Part shown: in pieces, positions 58,525-64,000 of the stretch
Layout: each line of letters opens with the position of its first letter
How positions within the stretch are numbered: position 1 is the stretch's first letter
NCBI GenBank assembly: GCA_964016885.1
Contig: OZ024745.1
Span: forward strand, 19,902,001 to 19,966,000
Direction: 5' to 3'
DNA: 64,000 nucleotides
Source of the DNA: Eledone cirrhosa
Lineage: Eukaryota
Program-made: the position numbers and the translations under genes
Notes under the pieces: generated by a model
Seen by the model: the letters and a program-made list of their open reading frames with translations, nothing else
Database searches by the model: none
What the model was told of the DNA's origin: nothing

Positions 58525-59020
58525 AGCTCCTGTGTCTTGAGACACATGAGGCAGCCATAGTGCTCCAATGACCACAGTCAGTTGCATCTATTAATACATC
58601 ATTCTAACTTTTGTTGACAGAGTTTCAGATCTCAGTCAATTGTCTACTGCCAGTTCATCTTGGAATGTCCTCTTTGCCTCTTCCTATATATATATATTTA
58701 AAACTTCAAAGCTCCTGTGTCTTGAGATGCACGAGGCAACCAAAGTGCTCCAATAACCACAGTCAGTTGCATTTATCAATAAATCATTCCAACTTTTGTT
58801 GATGGGTTTCAGATTTCTGTCGATTGTCTTGGGATTTTCTCTTCACCTTTTTCCACGGAGAATACAAATATAGGACCTAATTAGCAATGTCTCACTTGGG
58901 AGTCCTGTGACAACCAGCCAAGATGATGCTTACACATAATGTTAGACACACATTGTTGGTGGGTTCATTGACAGACTTCTTTGTTGGAGATGAAGTCATC
59001 CCATCAGATGCCAGATCGAA
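58525..59020 (-). mobile_element. Two tandem decayed LINE 3' ends, with a shared segment of about 120 bp at 58525 and 58710
   Basis: AGCTCCTGTGTCTTGAGA...ACCACAGTCAGTTGCAT...GTTTCAGAT occurs twice. The minus strand has RTE-like WDDFISN and RGKR*RGKSQDN remnants. Confidence 0.55.
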
Positions 59021-60377
59021 GAAAATAAAATTTTTCAAAAATACTGAGAGGTGGTTCAATGGTTTTAAGACAAATAATTAATTTCTCTTTTTATGCTGTT
59101 AATTTACTGATGAATCTGAATGTGCCAGTATATGACAGGTGAAAACTGATGGAAATATAGTATATTTATATTAATGATGACATTAAGGTTTATGCCTTTA
59201 TGTCGCTTTTTAGTATCGTATCTTGTGATTTTCATCTTGGGTACATATCACTTATTTCTTTAATGTCTTGGGTAATTTTTGTTTTTTTTATGTTGTCTTG
59301 TACTAATAAGACTTCCTGTTGTGTGGCATCACGTCATCTAGATGGATAGTGTAAGGGTTTACGGTAGAGAGACAAAGGGAGAAAATGGAGCACGGCTTAT
59401 GTAATAGGGCCGTAGTTGCTGCAGATAATAATAGCTTTTTTTTGCTTTATTATATAGAAACTACATAATATGACAACTGTAGCTTGATAACATCTGTCTT
59501 TCCATTTGGTGGCTGTTGCGGTTTGGTTACATACGCCAAATTTAAGAAGATGGATTATTCACATTTGGTTTGGCAGGAGTCATGAGTAGAGGTTGGTGTT
59601 TGGTTTAGGGTGTTTGCTGAGTGATTTTGGACTGATTGAAGCAATAACAGTCTTATTTACATATATATACGATCAGCTAGTTGCTTTGTTAAATGGGAGA
59701 TGATGTGTATATGTAAGGTTTTTTTAAAAACTTGTCTCTACTTGTGAAATTAAACATTTGGCTTGCATTGATTATTTGTGCTTCTGAACATCAATTCTAC
59801 CCCCCCCCCCCCCCCAACTATGAACAATTTGTATATTTTGAGTTATATAAACAGATAAGAAGTTATAACTGAACATTTTTATTAGCTTTTACTAAAATTG
59901 TATTTGCATTTCAGTGAGCAACTATAAAAGGAAATAATTCACCAGACTGTGTGTGTGTGTGTGGCATATAAGCAAGACGTGGTCATCTGAGTTGTCTAAC
60001 TCATTCAAGGAAGATGATATATATATGGTTAAATCATTTTGAACTGACATCAGTGAGCATGTGTGCCTCAAATGTGTTATTTTGCAGCAGTTGTATGTGG
60101 TAAAAGTAGAAGAATCTAAAATCTTGAACTAGACAGTTCAAGATTGTGTTATAAAAGAACCATAAATATAAGAATTAGCAGATAAGATATGAGAAATAGT
60201 TGTGATTATTTGAATAGATTAATAGAATGGTAGTAGATCTTTGACTAATGGCAAGTATTTCGATGATGAGTATTTGATATGTGGATTTATGGTATAACAC
60301 CTTACAGTAACTTTACATTCTGGATTGAAATCATAGCGAGATCAATAAAATGTCAGTAAAAATACTTGGGTGTAGGT

Positions 60378-60620
60378 ATGTGGCCTAGTGGTAAAAGTGT
60401 TGGACTTGTGATCATAATGTGGGTTTGATTCCTGGACTGGGTTGTGTGCTGTGTTCTTGTGCAATACACTTCATTTCATGTTGCTTTAGTATACTCAGCT
60501 GAAAATGAGTACCAGCAATAGCTGGGGGTTTAACTCTGCAATGGACAAGCATCTTGTCCAGGGAGGAGTCTTGTACTCTCAGTTGATTCATGCCATAGAA
60601 ACTGGGATAAGCACCTCTTC
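60378..60620 (+). mobile_element. tRNA-headed SINE family B
   Basis: GTGGCCTAGTGGTAAAAGTG...GGTTTGATTCC...TTCTTGTGCAATACACTTCATTTCA. Confidence 0.7.
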
Positions 60621-60752
60621 ATGATGTTGGGAGGGGATTTAGCTACAAATCTTATTTGGAATATTAGTTGTCTCCCTGATTAATAATTAATTATAACCTA
60701 CTTTTCAAAAACATTAAAAAAATATTTTTCTTTAAAAAATTTATTATTATTA

Positions 60753-60791
<39 letters not shown>

Positions 60792-61189
60792 TGTAAATTG
60801 TCCGACCTGGTCATTTTTGTTTCTTTCAAACTAACTAAACTTGATGTCTGGCAGTTTGTCTAGTTTTTAGATATAATTAACTTCTTTAATTTTTGTTCTA
60901 ATCTTTCCAGATCTGTCAATTATTTCTGATAGCCATACCTAATACTCTATGTTACCATCATATATTTCCCACTCCCTGGCTAGCACCCTACATAATTGAA
61001 TGGAGATTCAGATTTACTTTTCCTTCAGGATTGCTCAACTTCATTTATTTCTCTAGGAATTGCTAGTATTTTAAAGAATCACCTTAACAAAAAAAACCTT
61101 TTAATTTTAATTGTTTTTCTCTTTGTTAAGGTTCTTGTTCCTCTTTTTATTGCTTTCTAAAAATGTACTTTGTTTTTCATAACCATTTG

Positions 61190-61615
61190 CGCTACACAGT
61201 AATAGAGAAGACCCGCCTTACCTAAGTGCAAAGTGAAACCTACTACAGTCAGTAGGCACCTCTAACAAAATACACCCCCGTCCCACTACCCCCCACCCCA
61301 TCCACACCACCCCTTTCAATGTAAAGTTATGTTGGTACCACAACATCCAGCCCGAAACAAATGAGGTCGTGTAGGTGTCACGACAAAAAAACACACAGTC
61401 CACGCTGTAATGTGGCCGTGTAGGTAACACGGTAAAAACCTCCCAGTTCCACACTAAATGTGGTTGGTGTTAGGAAGGGCATCCAGCCGTAGAAAACCCG
61501 CCAGACAGTCGTATGCGAGCAAGACAACCACTCTTGCCTCAAGTGGGAAAACTCCCGTCCAAACCCATGCAAGCGTGGAATATGGACGTTAAACGATGAT
61601 GATGATGATGATGAT
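61190..61615 (+). mobile_element. RTE 3' end: last codons plus full 3' UTR
   Basis: TACACAGTAATAGAGAAGACCCGCCTTACCTAAG matches 52944-52976; the copy ends in (GAT)6. Confidence 0.93.
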
Positions 61616-61791
61616 TTGTCCATCCCTTGTCCATGGATAAATGGATCTTAAAACAATGTATTGTTCCACTCTAACTAGCAAAGATCTATATGAGTCTTAT
61701 GTTCTCTTCATAACTTTGATATAGCCTCCATGCCCACTTCAGTATCTGCTTTCCTCTATCTGCACTAAGCTATTGAATTCTTCAGCCACAA

Positions 61792-62905
61792 TTATAACAT
61801 CTTTCATCTATCTTTGCAGTAGCAGCTTATGTTGAGGTTCTATAAAACAGTTATAACATCTTTCATCTATCTCTGCAGTAGCAGCTTTTGTTGAGGTTTT
61901 ATAAAACAGTTATAACATCTTTCATCTATCTCTGCAGTAGCAGCTTATGTTGAGGTTCTATAAAACATATACAACATCTTTCATCTATTTCTGCAGTAGT
62001 AACTTATGTTGAGGTTCTATAAAACAGTTATACCATCTTTCATCTATCCTTGCAGTAGCAGCTCTATAAAACAGTTATAACATCTTTCATCTATCTTTGC
62101 TGTAGTAACTTATGTTCAGGCTCTATAAAACAGTTATAACATCTTTCTCTGCAGTAGTAACTTATGTTCAGGCTCTACAAAACAGTTATAACATCTCTCA
62201 TCTATCTCTTCAGTAGTAACTTATGTTCAGGCTCTATAAAACAGTTATAACATCTGTCATCTATCTCTGCAGTAGTAACTTATGTTCAGGCTCTATAAAA
62301 CAGTTATAACATCTTTCATCTATCTCTGCTGTAGTAACTTATGTTCAGGCTCTATAAAACAGTTATAACATCTTTCTCTGCAGTAGTAACTTATGTTCAG
62401 GCTCTACAAAACAGTTATAACATCTCTCATCTATCTCTTCAGTAGTAACTTATGTTCAGGCTCTATAAAACAGTTATAACATCTTTCATCTATCTCTGCA
62501 GTAGTAACTTATGTTCAGGCTCTATAAAACAGTTATAACATCTTTCATCTATCTCTGCTATAGTAACTTATGTTCAGGATCTATAAAACAGTTATAACAT
62601 CTATCTCTGCTGTAGTAACTTATGTTCAGGCTCTATAAAACAGTTATAACATCTTTCATCTATCTCTGCTATAGTAACTTATGTTCAGGATCTATAAAAC
62701 AGTTATAACATCTTTCATCTATCTCTGCTATAGTAACTTATGTTCAGGATCTATAAAACAGTTATAACATCTATCTCTGCAGTAGTAACTTATGTTCAGG
62801 CTCTATAAAACAGTTATAACATCTATCTCTGCAGTAGTAACTTATGTTCAGGCTCTATAAAACACCTTTTCATCTGTCTCTGCAGTAACCGCTCTATAAA
62901 ACAGT
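61792..62905. repeat. 59-bp minisatellite, about 19-20 units including deletion variants
   Basis: Unit TTATAACATCTTTCATCTATCTCTGCAGTAGTAACTTATGTTCAGGCTCTATAAAACAG; starts at 61851 and 61910 give the period. Confidence 0.97.
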
Positions 62906-64000
62906 ATCCTAAGATAACTTTGATTACTTAAAGTTAGAGAGTGTTCTCATCTAAGATAAACATAAGTTAAAAAATATAATGCCTAGAATCCAAGCATGAT
63001 CCCTCATCGTAGCTAAACCTTACTACATTATAGACAGATGTGATTTCTCAAACACATTAAAGGTAACCCATCTGGAAAGTTAAGCTCCCTGAACAAACCT
63101 GACAGTGTACAAAAAGGGTTCTACCCTAATGTAAAGGCATCATAAATTGCAACCTAAGCAAGTAAAAATTAATGGTTGTGATGTAAATTTAACTATAAAA
63201 GAAGAAAATTAACTTCATGGGGATTTCTGAAAAATAGGGGTGGGGGAAGGGAAAATATTTAAAATACATTAATAGAGAGAATATGGAAGAACTGGAATAT
63301 GAAATGAATTATCAAAAAACACTTGATATGTTCAAATCAAAGCATTTTAGCTGGAGAGTAAAATGTAGATTTATATATTTATAAGAACAGTAATGTGTTT
63401 TCAGCATAATTAAAGAATTGCCTTAGTTTTGATGCTTTTAAACTATTTTTAGATTTCCAGATGAGAATATGCCAATATCAATAACCTATTAAACATGTTC
63501 CTCATTTGTTTGCTTTGGTTGAATAAATTTTGATAATATTTTAAAAATAGAGATAGAAATAGTAATGTTTTTTTTTTTTGTTTCTTTTTAGAGAAAGGTT
63601 GATTTTTTTTCTTTTTTTTCTCTCTCTAAATTTTGGTTTAAATTTCATCATATTTGGATATGGCAACTTGGTTGTCTTCTAAATATTAAACAAAACAAAG
63701 AAAAAACAAACATCGTTTGTGTTTGGATGTTTATGTCATTCCTGTAATGTTTTAGATTACACTTTAGGACTAGTGATGCGTTAAATTTCTATGATTCAGC
63801 AATATTTGATAGTTACAATTATTATAAATCTATGTATATTTTATATTTGGTATTAATGTAAAACTTATATATATTGTATATTTGAACTTATTTATTTTCC
63901 CATTTTCAATAATGTAATTATTTATCAACATTGAATTTTTGCTATATTTCCCTCATAATGGACACAGCTAATTAAATTGAAGTACAGGTTTTAGATATTA

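Noticed and set aside
59101-59160. CTGATGA-[ATCTG...CAGGT]-GAAA hammerhead-like core
   Set aside because: Stem II can form, but there is no NUH triplet with stem III, stem I is weak, and there is no fold-back or tail motif.
12006-61623. Short 60-160 aa ORFs as host genes
   Set aside because: They are low-complexity, antisense to TE coding sequence, or derived from repeated UTRs (for example WMPFLTPTTFTV recurs in many copies). None has a recognisable host domain.
61792-62905. CRISPR-like regular array
   Set aside because: Units are contiguous with no unique spacers, there are no cas genes, and the context is eukaryotic.

Overview
AT-rich animal genomic DNA made up almost entirely of repeats. 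The repeat families resemble coleoid cephalopod (Octopus-like) ones; this is recognition only, not a search result. I cannot support any host protein-coding exon, and all the long YIYI ORFs are microsatellite artefacts. The first 12 kb is a compound (TA)n microsatellite containing a CR1-group LINE fragment and a 200-N gap. The rest holds RTE LINE copies (one with a 1.8-kb open frame), many RTE 3'-end fragments, two tRNA-headed SINE families, a Tx1/L1 fragment, piggyBac-, hAT- and Tc/pogo-like MITEs, a probable non-autonomous Helitron, two Penelope-like elements (PLEs) and a 59-bp minisatellite. The main result is a set of type I hammerhead ribozyme folds found by hand. One pair sits in the inverted pseudo-LTRs of a PLE (33613-33678 -, 36595-36660 +). 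Three more, unrelated in sequence, sit in tiny ORF-less fold-back insertions next to (TA)n tracts (4253-4323 -, 11946-11996 +, 54438-54511 +), and there is a partial one near 54760. These loci share an outward-facing geometry and a downstream RCTC...GAGY-RC hairpin.
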